Positions 43,292-53,940 of a stretch of 64,000 bases of DNA are shown in pieces; the first letter of the stretch is position 1, and every line of letters begins with the position of its first letter. The notes beneath the pieces are model-generated. The model was not told the DNA's origin, did no database searches, and saw nothing but the letters and a program-made list of their open reading frames with translations. This stretch comes from Myxococcota bacterium (GTDB lineage Bacteria > Myxococcota > UBA4151), in assembly GCA_036338695.1 (NCBI GenBank), contig JAYZBQ010000048.1:64001-128000 (forward strand), in the 5' to 3' direction. A program made the translations under genes and the position numbers.

Positions 43292-46200
43292 TTAGTAACG
43301 CAGCCGCCAGGAACCACCGGACACGGTGCGTACAATCGCTAGATCCACGGCGCTGTCGCCGTTGGCGTCTGCACAGACACCAAGGCCCCAGCCCGACCCG
43401 ATATCGTATTCACGGTCCGAGCTCAGGTTGAAGTCGGCGCCGTTTTGGTGACCAAAGTAGACAAAGGCCCGTGTCTCTGCACCCAAGATCAAATCCTCGT
43501 AACCGTCACCGTTAAGATCGCATGAGCTCTGCTGGTTCGCATATTTAAAGCGCGGCGTCGTACCGGGAATCGGTAGGGTGACCGTCGCTTGAGCGTTGAG
43601 CGCATTGGCGCCCTCATAGATATACCACCAGTACGTCCCCTGGGTGGTGCCGTGGTTGACGATGAGGTCTTTCTTAGAGGTTCCCACGACGTTGCCGACG
43701 GTAATTCTAAAGCCCATCTGTCCAGTCGTCTGCTGCGCTCCAGCGATCGTCACGACATTCGGTGACGACGTCGTGTACGCCCCGCTCAGCCCGCCACCTT
43801 CGTTGCCGGTGATAACAAAGACACCGCCCGCTCGCGAGTTCAAGAAGGGCGCACCCAGCGCGACGTCTCCTGCGTTGTCGCCGACAAAGTCGTGGCCCGA
43901 GATGACCACGAGCCCTGCCCGTGACCCTGCGACCCCTACGAAGGTGGCGTCTGCGTCAGCCTGCACCACCGTGCCGCCAGCGGCGATGTCATCACCGTCA
44001 AAGAAGTAGGTGGTACCCGTCGACCCATTCAAGAGCGGCGCGGTCACCGCTAAGTCGACGGTCGCGTCGCCGAGCACCGAACCTTGCGCCGAGACCGAGT
44101 AACCGAAATAGCCCGTCCCTGTGCCTTGGATGGTCGTCGTAGGCGTCGCCGAGACCCCTTGTGCGCTGCCGTTGAAGACATACGCCTTACCACCGTCGGT
44201 GTTGCTGACTGTCGAAACGATCAACTCATCAAACCCGTCCTCGTTGAAGTCGGCGGTCGTACAGAAGTTCCCAAAGCGTCCCCCGGAGACCGTTCCTGGG
44301 AGAATCACAGGCGTGAGGTTCGCCGCGTTAGCAGCACCATAGTAGATGAACACGGCGCCCACGCTGACGCCATTGTTGACGTAATCTCGGTCGGTCACGA
44401 CCACGTCGTCGCGGCTGTCACCGTTAAAGTCGCCCTGGCAGATGTCCCAACCCCATTTGGCGCTCGTACCTGCGGGCTGGAACTCAGCCTGCGTGAGCTC
44501 GGTGTCCACCGAGATGATCGAGCTGTTCTCGATCGCGCCGAGGTTCCCGACATCATCGACGGCACGCGCCGCAATCGAGACGCTCGGGTCATCAAACGCA
44601 ACCCCTGCGATATCCACCTGAAAAGCGGCGCCCGCGGCCTGAGGCACCATCGCCTCGCTCGCCTGGGTTGCGCTGTTGAAGTTCCCTTCGGTGATCGCGT
44701 TGCCGCTGTGACGCACTTGGTAACCGGTCACCGTCCCGGTGTCCACGTCGTCGCCCGGTTCATTCCAGGTCAGGCGCACGGTGCCGGTGCGCTTGTCCTG
44801 TACGACGCCGTTGATCGTCATCGCGTCGGGTGCGACGACGTCGACGGTGGCGCTCAGGGACGTCTGCGCGGTGTTCCCCGCCGCATCCGTCGCCGTGAAC
44901 GTGATGGCGTGAATCAACCCACTGTTCAGGGTTGCGCCGGTGATCGTCACCGGTCCATCGGCGTTCACCGCGACCGTGCCGATCGTTGCGGTTTGATCGC
45001 TCACACCGCCAAGCGTTCCGCCGATGGCGCCGGTGACGGTGAAGGTGAACGAGGTGTTCAGCGGCGCCCCGCCTTGTTGGTCGTCAGCCAGCGTGTAGGT
45101 CGCCGGGCTAGCAGCGGGCGTCGTCATCTCGATCGTCGGCGCAGTGATGTCGACCACCACCGTCAGATCGGCGTTGGTCGTGTTGCCATCTTGCGTCACT
45201 GCGGCGCGCAAGCTGTGCGACCCTTCCGTCAGGGTGATCGGTCCGATGGTCACCGCACCGTTCGCGACGATACCGGTCCCTAACGGGTTACCATTTTCGC
45301 TCAAGGTGACGGTCTGTCCAGCCGCGTCTGAGCTCAGCGCAAACGTGTACTGGAGACCGTTGGCGCCGTTGTCTAGGTCATCGCTGGCGTTGAGGTTCGC
45401 TGGGTTCGAGTCAGGCGTCGTAAAGAGCAAGGTGGGCGCCACCAAGCTGAGTGAGATCGGGACCCCAGCGCTTGTCGACTCGTTACCGCTCGTGTCCGAG
45501 ACGACGGCGGTCAGGGTCTGATCGCCCTCGAGCAAGGTGCAGCGAATGACGAGGTCCTGTCCGGTCGTCTGCGACGTACAGCGCTCGCCCCCGACGGTGC
45601 TGCGAACGCTGACGGTCTGACCGTTCTCAACCTGGCTTGCGCTCACGGTCACGTCCGTCTGAAACCCAGCCGCCTGATCGTCGGCGTCGTTATCATCGCC
45701 AAAGCTCGCGTTCGCTGCAGGGCTCGTGACAGCGACGACCGGCGCGATCGAATCCACGGTCACCACCACCGCCTCACTCGTCGTGGCGTTCCCGGCTTCA
45801 TCGGTGGCGACCGCGGTCAACGTGACGGCGCCCTCGGGCAAGGTCACCGCGGCGCTCGCAGCGCCGTTGGCGACGTTCGCCGTGGCGAGCTCGGCGTCAC
45901 CATTTCGGATGCTCACGCTGGTGCCGTCTTCGGCGTCGGTGCTCACCGTGATGGTGGTTTGCAGTCCGTCAGTCTGAGGGTCGGTGTCGGCGCTGGCGAG
46001 CAGCGTGGCGCCGTTCGCAGGCGACGTGATCGCCGAGGTCGGTGCGGTCACATCCACACGGACCACCATACCCGCTCCAGGATCGTTGATGTTCCCTGCA
46101 GCGTCTGCGACGCGCAAGGTGACGGTGTGATCTCCGTCGCCCAAGCTGCCGGCGACCGTGGCCGTCCCGTCGACGATACCGCCCGTGCCTGCCGGCGTGT

Positions 46201-49200
46201 TCGGCGCAGGGTTGTTCGTCAGCATGGTCACCGTGGCGTTCTCAGCCTGCCCGGCAACGGTGGCAGCGCAACTACCCTGCCAACCTGCGGTGTTCGGGTC
46301 CGCGTCTTCAGCCTTGTTGAACACGAGGAATCCAGCTTGTTGCGCGCCGTCATCGCCCGCCCAAGTGCAGTCACTGATGGTCGGGCGTGTCAGGTCGACC
46401 GTGATCGAGACCGTATCCGTCGCCGAGTTGATCCCGTCGTCCACGCGCGCCGTCAGGGTCTGAGTCCCCTCAACCACCGTCACGTTCGGAATCTCAATGG
46501 TCGCCGCAGCGAGCTGGCCCGAGCCGATCACCTGGTCATTGCTGTCGAGCACTTGGACCGTCGTGCCCAGCTGGACACCTTGAACACCCATCCGCAGAAC
46601 GATCTGAAAGCCAGCGAGTTGACCGTTGGTGTCTTCGTTGATGCCAAAGAGGGCATCTGCGCCCGGACTAAAGATATCGATGGTCGGCGCCGTACCGTCG
46701 ACCTCGACGTTGACCACATCGCTCGTCTCAGTGTTGCCAACGGCGTCTGTTGCGCGGGCGCTGATCTGCCGCTGACCATCAGCGAGCGTCACACCGACAA
46801 AGGTTGCGCTCAACGCGGCGCCGGTCGTCCCGGCCACTTGATCATCGACAAGGAGCGCGATCTGTGAGCCCTCGGCGGCGCCCGTCGTCGCGACGTCGAC
46901 GTCGTACTGAAGCCCCTCAACAAAATTATTGGCGTCATCTTCGGCGCCGAGCTGCGCGTTGTTCTGCGGATCCGTGACCGACACCGTCGGACCGACTCGG
47001 TCAACGACGACCGCCACGTTGGCGCCTCCTGCGTTTCCAGCGAGATCCGTCGCGGCGACGGTCAAGGTGACCTCACTGTTCGGGTCGTTCACCTCGTCCG
47101 CCAGCGCCACAGCGCTGAACGTAAAAGAGCAGTTATCACCCGGCGCAAAACTCGTTCGCACGATGCCATCCGCGCTCACACCGCCGCCCGCAACGGACAA
47201 CGTCGCTGTGGGGTTGGCGCCCTCAACCGTACACGCTCCATCAGCCGCAGCTGAGACCACGATGTTCCGACGATAACGGTTCCCTTGGGTCGAGTCCGGC
47301 GCGTCCGACGCCGTGTACACGTTCGCGCCGTTGACTTGCGGTATACCAGTAAAGGTGAGCACAGGAGCCGTCTGGTCGACCGTGACCGTCGAAGCCGCCG
47401 AGACCACCGGATCGCGCCCTTGGAACGGACACGTCGCCACCAACGACCAGGCGCCCTCAGCGCCTAGGTTCAAGGTCCCAAAATCAATCGTCCCGTTCGC
47501 CGCAGCGCTTGCGTTTGCGGTCACGTCTTGCTGACCTTGCAAGCTCGCCACCACCGAACACGATGCGCCCTCAGCGGCGTTACTCGAGGCGGTCACATCG
47601 ACCGGGTTGGCGTTGGTCCGTGCGCCGTCGTTGGGTGTCAAAATGCGCACGAAAGGCTGCCCGGTCGTCACCGTCACGATGGCGTCCGCCGTCGCCGTGT
47701 TACCGGCTCGGTCGATCACGGTCGCCGACACCCGGTTCTCACCCTCAAGCAAGGTAAAGCCAACGTCGTTGTTGGTGAAATTGGCGACCGTTGCGCCGTT
47801 TGCGTCGACGGTTGCGCCATTGATCACCGCGCCGTTGAGGCGCATCGTCACCGCTTGACCGACCGGCTCGTTGGTCACGACCACTCGGAAACCATACTGA
47901 AACCCGTTGCTGACGTCAGCGCCCCAATCGAGGTTGAGATTCTGCGTTGCGTTGAGGGTGCCGTCTGCCACCACATCACGCACGCTGCCGCCCGCGCTGC
48001 CATCCAGACCGAGGAGCGCCACGCCCGGCGCCGTGGCGTCCAAGGTCACGCTGACGCTCGCCTGAGGCGCAGGATTCCCTGCGCGATCCGACACATCCGC
48101 TGTGATCGTGTAGACACCGTCTTGGGCGCCCCAGGAGACGTTCTCGACCAGCGCGCGACCGTTTTCATCCACCGTCGGCGCAGGATCGATCGCAGCGCCA
48201 CCGTTAACGGAGATCGTGACCGGCTGACCGACCTCTGCATCCGTGATCGCCAGCTCAATGCTGGAGCTCCCGGACGCCACAACGGCGCCATCCACGGGCG
48301 ACGCAAAGGTGATCGTCGGCGCAGTGCCATCGACGTTCAGGTTGAGCGCCTCAGAGGGAAGGGCGCGGTTACCGTCACCGCCACGCGTCACCGCTCCGGC
48401 TCGGATACCCCACAAGCCGTCGGGCAAGGTCAACCGCACACCGCCGACGCCTGTGTCGTTATCACTCGCCGCAGGTTCAGCCAGCGCGCTGGCGACCCAC
48501 GGACCGGTGGCGTTGCCTTGATCATCGAGCGTCTGCAGCTCGCAGTACACCCTTGGGTCCAGCGAGGAGATCGTGGAAAAGTTGGCGATCGACACCGCGC
48601 AGTCGAGCTGAAACCCTTCAAGCTGCGGGTCGGCGTCTGCAGCGGCGAGTACGGCGCCGGACTGAGCTGGCTGCACCAGGGTCACGACGGGCACCGTGAT
48701 GTCCACCTCGACCTCACGGGTGGCGGTCGCAGGGTTCCCTGCGGCGTCCGAGGTCGAGACGGTAAGCGTCTGATTTCCGGCGGGCAGCCGAACGTCAAGG
48801 CTGGCGACGCCAAGCTCACTCGGAGCGGCCGAGACCGCGCCCGCCTCATCGTCCCCGACACGCGCCGTGACCAACGACACATCCGCATAGTTCGTCAGGC
48901 GCACTTGCAGGCGATAGGTGAGCTCGTCGAGCGGGTTCCCATCTTGGTCGTCTGACGCGGTCAGCACCGTGCGGCTGTCCGCCGAGAGCCCGACAACCTC
49001 TATGCCAGGGGCGAGGGTGTCGACCAGATGAACCTGTCGCAGCGAGGAGCCCTGGTTGCGCGAACCCGATTGGTCCGTCACGACTGCGGTAAAGCTCTGC
49101 AGGTCTTGGTTGTTGGCGCTCTGGGCGAGGACGATCCGGAGCGTGGCGCTGCCGTCGTCGCCGATCGCGCCCGTGACCGGCTCGGCGCCGACCGGGATCG

Positions 49201-50095
49201 TTACGGTCGAGCCTGCACCGCAACGAGTCGAGCTGACGACCACGTCCACGTCGGCGACCTCAGGCGTGCTCGGGTCGGCGTCATTCGCTGCGAGCACCGG
49301 CGTTCCGTTGACCGGAGCGGTCACCGCCACGTCACAGCGCCCGGTGTCCACCTCAAGCTCGAGCGTCGCCGTACCAGCCTGGTCTTGATCGAGCAGAACG
49401 TAGGTGGTCAGGCGTGCGGCACCCTCTGGAAGGCTGACGTTGTTGAACGTGGCGCTGCCGCCTTGCAACGTCTCCGAGAGCGCGCTGGCTGCGCCGTCCA
49501 CGTTGAGCCCGACGGTCAAGCCATCGACTACGCCATCGCCCGCACAGCTCACGCCGATATGGGTCTGAAATCCAGCGTTGATGACGTCGAGGTCATCGCT
49601 AAGCGTAGCGCCCGCCACCAGCTCGGGACCTCCCGTAGCCTGCGTGAAGCGGCACTTTGGACCACCCGGCGCCACGACAGAAAAGTTGGCCGTCGTGACC
49701 ACATCCGCGCCGAAGTTATGCGTCAACGTCGCCTCGAGCTCGTTGGTTCCGCTGACGAGCGTGACTCCCTCGATGGTCCCGCTCCTGCTGGTGCTGTCGC
49801 CTCCTAGGCTGACCTCTTGCGCCGACCCGTCGACGTCACTTTTGTTCACCAAACGAACCGTGACCGAGTCATCGCTGGCGTTGAGCCCGACGGCGCGCAA
49901 CCGGACAGCGATCTGGACGCCCGGCGTGCTCGGGTCCACATCATCAGCAGCCTGAATACGAGCGCCTGGATTCGGAGAGACAAACGCTAAGCCGACGATG
50001 TTGGTCGGCGCCTCTTCACAGGCGCAACCGCCAAAACTCATTGTACTGAGCAAGGCAGCGCCCGCTAGCAATCGAACAGGAGCAAGCCGAAGCAT
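43292..50095 (-). CDS. Giant (2267 aa) surface lipoprotein: tandem Ig-like repeats, an FN3-like domain and a C-terminal FG-GAP beta-propeller
   Basis: AGGAGG RBS and lipobox FGGC. Repeated D.TAP...I.SP, D.AGN and DxD...G.Q motifs, then LTW.EPGDD, and GDFNGD/DFNEDG/DLNGDG FG-GAP repeats. Confidence 0.9.
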   Translation of the reverse strand: MLRLAPVRLLAGAALLSTMSFGGCACEEAPTNIVGLAFVSPNPGARIQAADDVDPSTPGVQIAVRLRAVGLNASDDSVTVRLVNKSDVDGSAQEVSLGGDSTSRSGTIEGVTLVSGTNELEATLTHNFGADVVTTANFSVVAPGGPKCRFTQATGGPELVAGATLSDDLDVINAGFQTHIGVSCAGDGVVDGLTVGLNVDGAASALSETLQGGSATFNNVSLPEGAARLTTYVLLDQDQAGTATLELEVDTGRCDVAVTAPVNGTPVLAANDADPSTPEVADVDVVVSSTRCGAGSTVTIPVGAEPVTGAIGDDGSATLRIVLAQSANNQDLQSFTAVVTDQSGSRNQGSSLRQVHLVDTLAPGIEVVGLSADSRTVLTASDDQDGNPLDELTYRLQVRLTNYADVSLVTARVGDDEAGAVSAAPSELGVASLDVRLPAGNQTLTVSTSDAAGNPATATREVEVDITVPVVTLVQPAQSGAVLAAADADPQLEGFQLDCAVSIANFSTISSLDPRVYCELQTLDDQGNATGPWVASALAEPAASDNDTGVGGVRLTLPDGLWGIRAGAVTRGGDGNRALPSEALNLNVDGTAPTITFASPVDGAVVASGSSSIELAITDAEVGQPVTISVNGGAAIDPAPTVDENGRALVENVSWGAQDGVYTITADVSDRAGNPAPQASVSVTLDATAPGVALLGLDGSAGGSVRDVVADGTLNATQNLNLDWGADVSNGFQYGFRVVVTNEPVGQAVTMRLNGAVINGATVDANGATVANFTNNDVGFTLLEGENRVSATVIDRAGNTATADAIVTVTTGQPFVRILTPNDGARTNANPVDVTASSNAAEGASCSVVASLQGQQDVTANASAAANGTIDFGTLNLGAEGAWSLVATCPFQGRDPVVSAASTVTVDQTAPVLTFTGIPQVNGANVYTASDAPDSTQGNRYRRNIVVSAAADGACTVEGANPTATLSVAGGGVSADGIVRTSFAPGDNCSFTFSAVALADEVNDPNSEVTLTVAATDLAGNAGGANVAVVVDRVGPTVSVTDPQNNAQLGAEDDANNFVEGLQYDVDVATTGAAEGSQIALLVDDQVAGTTGAALSATFVGVTLADGQRQISARATDAVGNTETSDVVNVEVDGTAPTIDIFSPGADALFGINEDTNGQLAGFQIVLRMGVQGVQLGTTVQVLDSNDQVIGSGQLAAATIEIPNVTVVEGTQTLTARVDDGINSATDTVSITVDLTRPTISDCTWAGDDGAQQAGFLVFNKAEDADPNTAGWQGSCAATVAGQAENATVTMLTNNPAPNTPAGTGGIVDGTATVAGSLGDGDHTVTLRVADAAGNINDPGAGMVVRVDVTAPTSAITSPANGATLLASADTDPQTDGLQTTITVSTDAEDGTSVSIRNGDAELATANVANGAASAAVTLPEGAVTLTAVATDEAGNATTSEAVVVTVDSIAPVVAVTSPAANASFGDDNDADDQAAGFQTDVTVSASQVENGQTVSVRSTVGGERCTSQTTGQDLVIRCTLLEGDQTLTAVVSDTSGNESTSAGVPISLSLVAPTLLFTTPDSNPANLNASDDLDNGANGLQYTFALSSDAAGQTVTLSENGNPLGTGIVANGAVTIGPITLTEGSHSLRAAVTQDGNTTNADLTVVVDITAPTIEMTTPAASPATYTLADDQQGGAPLNTSFTFTVTGAIGGTLGGVSDQTATIGTVAVNADGPVTITGATLNSGLIHAITFTATDAAGNTAQTSLSATVDVVAPDAMTINGVVQDKRTGTVRLTWNEPGDDVDTGTVTGYQVRHSGNAITEGNFNSATQASEAMVPQAAGAAFQVDIAGVAFDDPSVSIAARAVDDVGNLGAIENSSIISVDTELTQAEFQPAGTSAKWGWDICQGDFNGDSRDDVVVTDRDYVNNGVSVGAVFIYYGAANAANLTPVILPGTVSGGRFGNFCTTADFNEDGFDELIVSTVSNTDGGKAYVFNGSAQGVSATPTTTIQGTGTGYFGYSVSAQGSVLGDATVDLAVTAPLLNGSTGTTYFFDGDDIAAGGTVVQADADATFVGVAGSRAGLVVISGHDFVGDNAGDVALGAPFLNSRAGGVFVITGNEGGGLSGAYTTSSPNVVTIAGAQQTTGQMGFRITVGNVVGTSKKDLIVNHGTTQGTYWWYIYEGANALNAQATVTLPIPGTTPRFKYANQQSSCDLNGDGYEDLILGAETRAFVYFGHQNGADFNLSSDREYDIGSGWGLGVCADANGDSAVDLAIVRTVSGGSWRLRY

Positions 50096-50106
50096 GCAGA
50101 CCTCCT

Positions 50107-50394
50107 TTATTCCGCCCATGTGATCAGACCTCGCCGGTGCAAATCATCTACAAACACCTTCAAGTCCTTCAAAGCGGTCTCTTCTGAAACGTTGAACTCT
50201 TCCGTGATCGCCGCTGCGACCCCCCGAAGTGTAGCGCAGCCGTCGAATCGCTGAAATGCAAAACTGCCGACCTCACTCAATCTCCGTATGCAAGCGTCGG
50301 AACTCGTCACCACCAGGACCTCTCCATCATACGCCCGCCAGCTGACCCGGCTTGGGATGACCGGGACGCGCTGGTCGCTTTGCGATGGGTCCAT
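50107..50394 (-). CDS. PqqD-family protein (RiPP recognition element)
   Basis: DGEVLVV..L.EVG..F..FDG..T...I.EEF.V...A..DL..FV..L...GLI matches the PqqD/RRE pattern. Confidence 0.88.
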   Translation of the reverse strand: MDPSQSDQRVPVIPSRVSWRAYDGEVLVVTSSDACIRRLSEVGSFAFQRFDGCATLRGVAAAITEEFNVSEETALKDLKVFVDDLHRRGLITWAE

Positions 50395-50421
50395 GGCTCA
50401 GCCCCTTGCTACGCAAGGCGA

Positions 50422-50450
50422 ACGTTGCCGCAGCGACTCGCCGGTGTCAA
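50422..50450 (-). promoter_or_regulatory. Candidate sigma-70 promoter for the PqqD operon
   Basis: Minus strand TTGACA-N17-CAACGT, followed by an AAGGGG RBS before ATG 50394. Confidence 0.45.
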
Positions 50451-50452
50451 AA

Positions 50453-51541
50453 TCACAATGAGGACCCGAGCGCCGAACGAACCGCGCGCTCGACGCCCTG
50501 CAGATCGGGCGTCCCGGACCACAATCGAACCACGCGCCCCTGGGGGCCGATCAGCGCCAAGGTCGGATACACAGTGATCCCGACGGCGTCCGCCCACGCG
50601 CCGCGGTCCACCAAAACCCGAAGCTCGGGCGCCCTATCCGATTGGTATTTCTTTATATTTTTTAGCAGCTCAGGGTGCGGTTGACCGCGCCCCTCAACGT
50701 TGACCAGCAGCAACTCAAAGCGCGGATCTTGGACCGACCGCTTGAGCTGGCTCAGACCGGGCAGCAAGCGCTTACAAGCGCCGCACCAAGTCGTCCAAAA
50801 CTCCACTAAGGTTACCCGGCCACGCAGGCCTGCCGGATGCCAGTCTCCGCCCCCAATTTCAGGCGTTACGACCAAGCGGTCGATGAGCTGGTCACCCGCT
50901 ACCGCAGGGGTCCAACTGGCGTACGCGCGCCAGGCAGCAGGCGCCGAGACGATCAGCGCGATCGCAAGGCTGATGCGCACAGCCAGCAGCAAACGTCGCG
51001 TCCCGCCGCCAAAGCGGCGACTAACCAACCAGCCAAGCAACCCGCTCAGGACGACAAAGGCGACCGCAACCGTCCACTGCTCCGGGCGCCAGCGACCCAA
51101 CTCGGTCACCCCGCGGTACGCAGGCAAGTACCCCAACACCCCCTCGGCAAAATCAAAATAACTCCGAGTTGAGGGCAAATGAGACAAAACGAAGACAATA
51201 CGAATCCAAATGAGCGCAAAAGCATAACCCAACCAAACCGAGGAACCCGCTGCAGCCAGGCGGTCCATGCGGGTCCCATCTGAGCGCTCATTGAGCTGCG
51301 TGAGACGCTGAAGCAAGGCACCCAACACCAGCAACGCAACCCAATCGGTAACCACCGGGTAGGCTAATCGGCTGACCATGCCATGGACCGGCGCAAACCA
51401 GTCGCGCCGAAACAAGGCGGCTAGGTAGCCTAAGGAGGTGGCTTGCATCAGGATATTGACCGCGAGCAGATCACCGAAGCCTAACGGTAGCGGGGCGGCG
51501 CCTTTTGGCTTATCCAACACACCCAAGATGGATCGACTCAT
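50453..51541 (-). CDS. Membrane protein with C-terminal TlpA-like thioredoxin domain (start uncertain)
   Basis: Several hydrophobic segments followed by [11 protein letters not shown] and YPT. Confidence 0.8.
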   Translation of the reverse strand: MSRSILGVLDKPKGAAPLPLGFGDLLAVNILMQATSLGYLAALFRRDWFAPVHGMVSRLAYPVVTDWVALLVLGALLQRLTQLNERSDGTRMDRLAAAGSSVWLGYAFALIWIRIVFVLSHLPSTRSYFDFAEGVLGYLPAYRGVTELGRWRPEQWTVAVAFVVLSGLLGWLVSRRFGGGTRRLLLAVRISLAIALIVSAPAAWRAYASWTPAVAGDQLIDRLVVTPEIGGGDWHPAGLRGRVTLVEFWTTWCGACKRLLPGLSQLKRSVQDPRFELLLVNVEGRGQPHPELLKNIKKYQSDRAPELRVLVDRGAWADAVGITVYPTLALIGPQGRVVRLWSGTPDLQGVERAVRSALGSSL

Positions 51542-52661
51542 GAACGCCTCCGTGTCCCTTGAAACGAAGCAACCGATCGTTGTCCAGAAATATGGTGGGT
51601 CGTCTCTTGCGAGCCCGCAAGCGATCCAGCGTGTCGCCGACGCCGTCGTGGCGCGCGTGCGCGAAGGAAACCAGTTAGTCGTGGTGGTCTCGGCGATGGG
51701 TGGCTCGACCGACGCACTCATCGAGCTGGCAGGAGACGTCTCGGCTCGCCCCCGGCGTCGTGAGCTCGATATGCTGCTCTCCACGGGCGAGCGTGTGACC
51801 ATGTCGCTGCTGAGTATGGCGATCGCCGACCGCGGCATCGAGGCGATCAGCTTTACAGGGTCGCAGTGTGGGATCATCACCAACGACACGCACACCGATG
51901 CCCGCATCATCGACGTGCGTCCCGTGCGGGTCGAAGACGAGCTCCGGCGCGGGCGCGTCGTGATCGCAGCCGGGTTTCAAGGGATGAGTTATACCCGCGA
52001 GATCACAACGCTCGGACGAGGTGGCTCAGACACGACCGCGCTGGCGCTGGCTGCGGCGCTCGGGGCAGACTTCTGCGAAATTTATTCGGACGTAGAGGGT
52101 GTGTTTAGCGCCGACCCACGATGCATCAACGACGCACAGCTCATCGATCAGATCAGCTTCGGCACGCTCGAGACGCTGGCGCGCGGCGGCGCGCGCGTCC
52201 TGCACCCTGACGCCGTCGCATGGGCGCGACGAGCGGGGATCGCTTTTCGGACACGCCGAACCGGCGGCTCAGGATTCGGCACCCATGTCGGCGCCTCGGC
52301 GGGTGACGGCGTCATGGCAGTCACGAGCAGCGCTCAGCGTCGCTTCGTGCGACACCACCAGGTGACCTCTGACCTGACGGGGTGTATCATCCATGCGGAC
52401 GCTGAGGGCTACCTCATCGACAGCGAAAACCTGCATAACGAACACCCGGGCGAACCATGCCAGACGCTCACGATCGCCGGAGAGGCCCTCCTGAGGGACA
52501 CGTCGATCGCCTCACGGTTCATCGACCTGCTCCCGCCGGGGTCGACCTGGTGGGGTGACCGCTACGGCCTGCACGCACGCCTCGACCCCGACACGGACCT
52601 GTCAGCGCTTACGCAAGCTGCTCACGACGCCTTCGTCGCGCCAGAGACCACCCCAAAATAA
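51540..52661 (+). CDS. lysC: Aspartate kinase (start uncertain)
   Basis: [31 protein letters not shown] and [10 protein letters not shown]. Confidence 0.93.
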   Translation: MNASVSLETKQPIVVQKYGGSSLASPQAIQRVADAVVARVREGNQLVVVVSAMGGSTDALIELAGDVSARPRRRELDMLLSTGERVTMSLLSMAIADRGIEAISFTGSQCGIITNDTHTDARIIDVRPVRVEDELRRGRVVIAAGFQGMSYTREITTLGRGGSDTTALALAAALGADFCEIYSDVEGVFSADPRCINDAQLIDQISFGTLETLARGGARVLHPDAVAWARRAGIAFRTRRTGGSGFGTHVGASAGDGVMAVTSSAQRRFVRHHQVTSDLTGCIIHADAEGYLIDSENLHNEHPGEPCQTLTIAGEALLRDTSIASRFIDLLPPGSTWWGDRYGLHARLDPDTDLSALTQAAHDAFVAPETTPK

Positions 52662-53940
52662 GGCAACACGCCCCCCCAAAAATCCAATCTCCGAGCCACC
52701 CGCGCAGCGCCCACCGGGGCGCAGGCAGCGACTCGAGCCGGAGCACGCCCGGGCTGTAGGGCTCGAGCTGGTTCACGATCTGCCCGCGCGGCGAGACGAG
52801 GTACGTCAGCCCATCCTGCCCAGCTCGCACCAAACTCCTTCCCGTCTCAAGCGCCCGCAAGCGGCTTTCTCGCTCAAAGGCTCGCCGAGGCGCGCTCCTC
52901 CCCACACCGGCGTCGTTTGACAGGACCAAAAGCCAGCCGGCGCTCGGGTCGCTGTAGCGCGGGTAAACGGACTCAATGCAGAGCTGAACCCTGCCACCAA
53001 AGGGCAGCTCGGCGTCAGCGGACCGCAACGCCTCAAATTCTCGCTCGACCACCGGCACCACGGCGCGCTTGGTCTGAAACACGGGCTCAGGGCGGTCAGA
53101 CCGCCAGACCATGGCGCTGTTCCTCAAGGCACCGTCGAGGTGGTAATTGACGCCGGCGACCAAGTCATCGCCACGCCCATGCAGCGCACGGTAGGCGCGC
53201 GTCATCGGCCCCGATCCCCAGGTCTCACGAACCGCCGTCTCAGGAAGAATCAGCAACCGCCCGGGTCGCTCACGAGCCGCCACCTCGAGATAACGAGCGT
53301 TGATCAACTGCGCAGCGTCTGGATCCACGCTGGCTTGTCGGTAGACCCAATTGGGCAGCCCCCCTTGAATCACGCTCGCCTTCAGCGGGATCGGCTCACC
53401 CTGGACCGGGCGCAACAGCTCGTGCGCCCCCGTTATCACGATCAACACCAGCAGCAAGACAGCGCCTCGGCGACGAAAAGCTGGCTCGACCAGCGCATAC
53501 GAGACACCGCCACAGATCGCCGTGAGCAACGCCCCGCCGCCCCAAGCAGCTGGTAGCCCAAGCCACCACCACGCGGCGAGGTCATGCCCGCACGACAGCG
53601 GCAGGGTCAGCACCGAGGTCGTCCTCAACCCCTGACCGACCACCAGCACAGACAAGGGCAACACAGGTCCGGATCGTAACGACACCGCCCAGGCGAGCGC
53701 GCCGCGCGCAAGCCCGCCTTGCAGGGCAAGCGTCATGGGAATCATCACCGTGTAGCCCGAAGCCCCCCACATGGTGAGCGAGACCTCAAAGAAGCCGCAA
53801 AGAAATCCAAACGTGAAGGCTCGCTCCCGGCGCAGGGACAGCGCCATCATCGGCGCAAGCGCCACGAGCCCAAGCGGACCGCCGAGGTCGTGACTCAGCG
53901 CCAGCGGCAGCGCACAAAGCAGCGCCCAGACCACGATCAT
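52609..53940 (-). CDS. lnt: Apolipoprotein N-acyltransferase-like protein
   Basis: N-terminal TM helices and a nitrilase-type triad (LPET, K..VP..E, LCIES), plus SNDA and RALE.GR..VR. Confidence 0.82.
   Translation of the reverse strand: MIVVWALLCALPLALSHDLGGPLGLVALAPMMALSLRRERAFTFGFLCGFFEVSLTMWGASGYTVMIPMTLALQGGLARGALAWAVSLRSGPVLPLSVLVVGQGLRTTSVLTLPLSCGHDLAAWWWLGLPAAWGGGALLTAICGGVSYALVEPAFRRRGAVLLLVLIVITGAHELLRPVQGEPIPLKASVIQGGLPNWVYRQASVDPDAAQLINARYLEVAARERPGRLLILPETAVRETWGSGPMTRAYRALHGRGDDLVAGVNYHLDGALRNSAMVWRSDRPEPVFQTKRAVVPVVEREFEALRSADAELPFGGRVQLCIESVYPRYSDPSAGWLLVLSNDAGVGRSAPRRAFERESRLRALETGRSLVRAGQDGLTYLVSPRGQIVNQLEPYSPGVLRLESLPAPRWALRGWLGDWIFGGACCLILGWSLARRRRREQLA

Noticed and set aside
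41406..50394. Canonical lasso peptide or PQQ biosynthesis cluster
   Set aside because: There is no asparagine-synthetase-like cyclase, transglutaminase-like B2 or PqqB/C/E. The peptide lacks lasso core features and the ExxxY motif.
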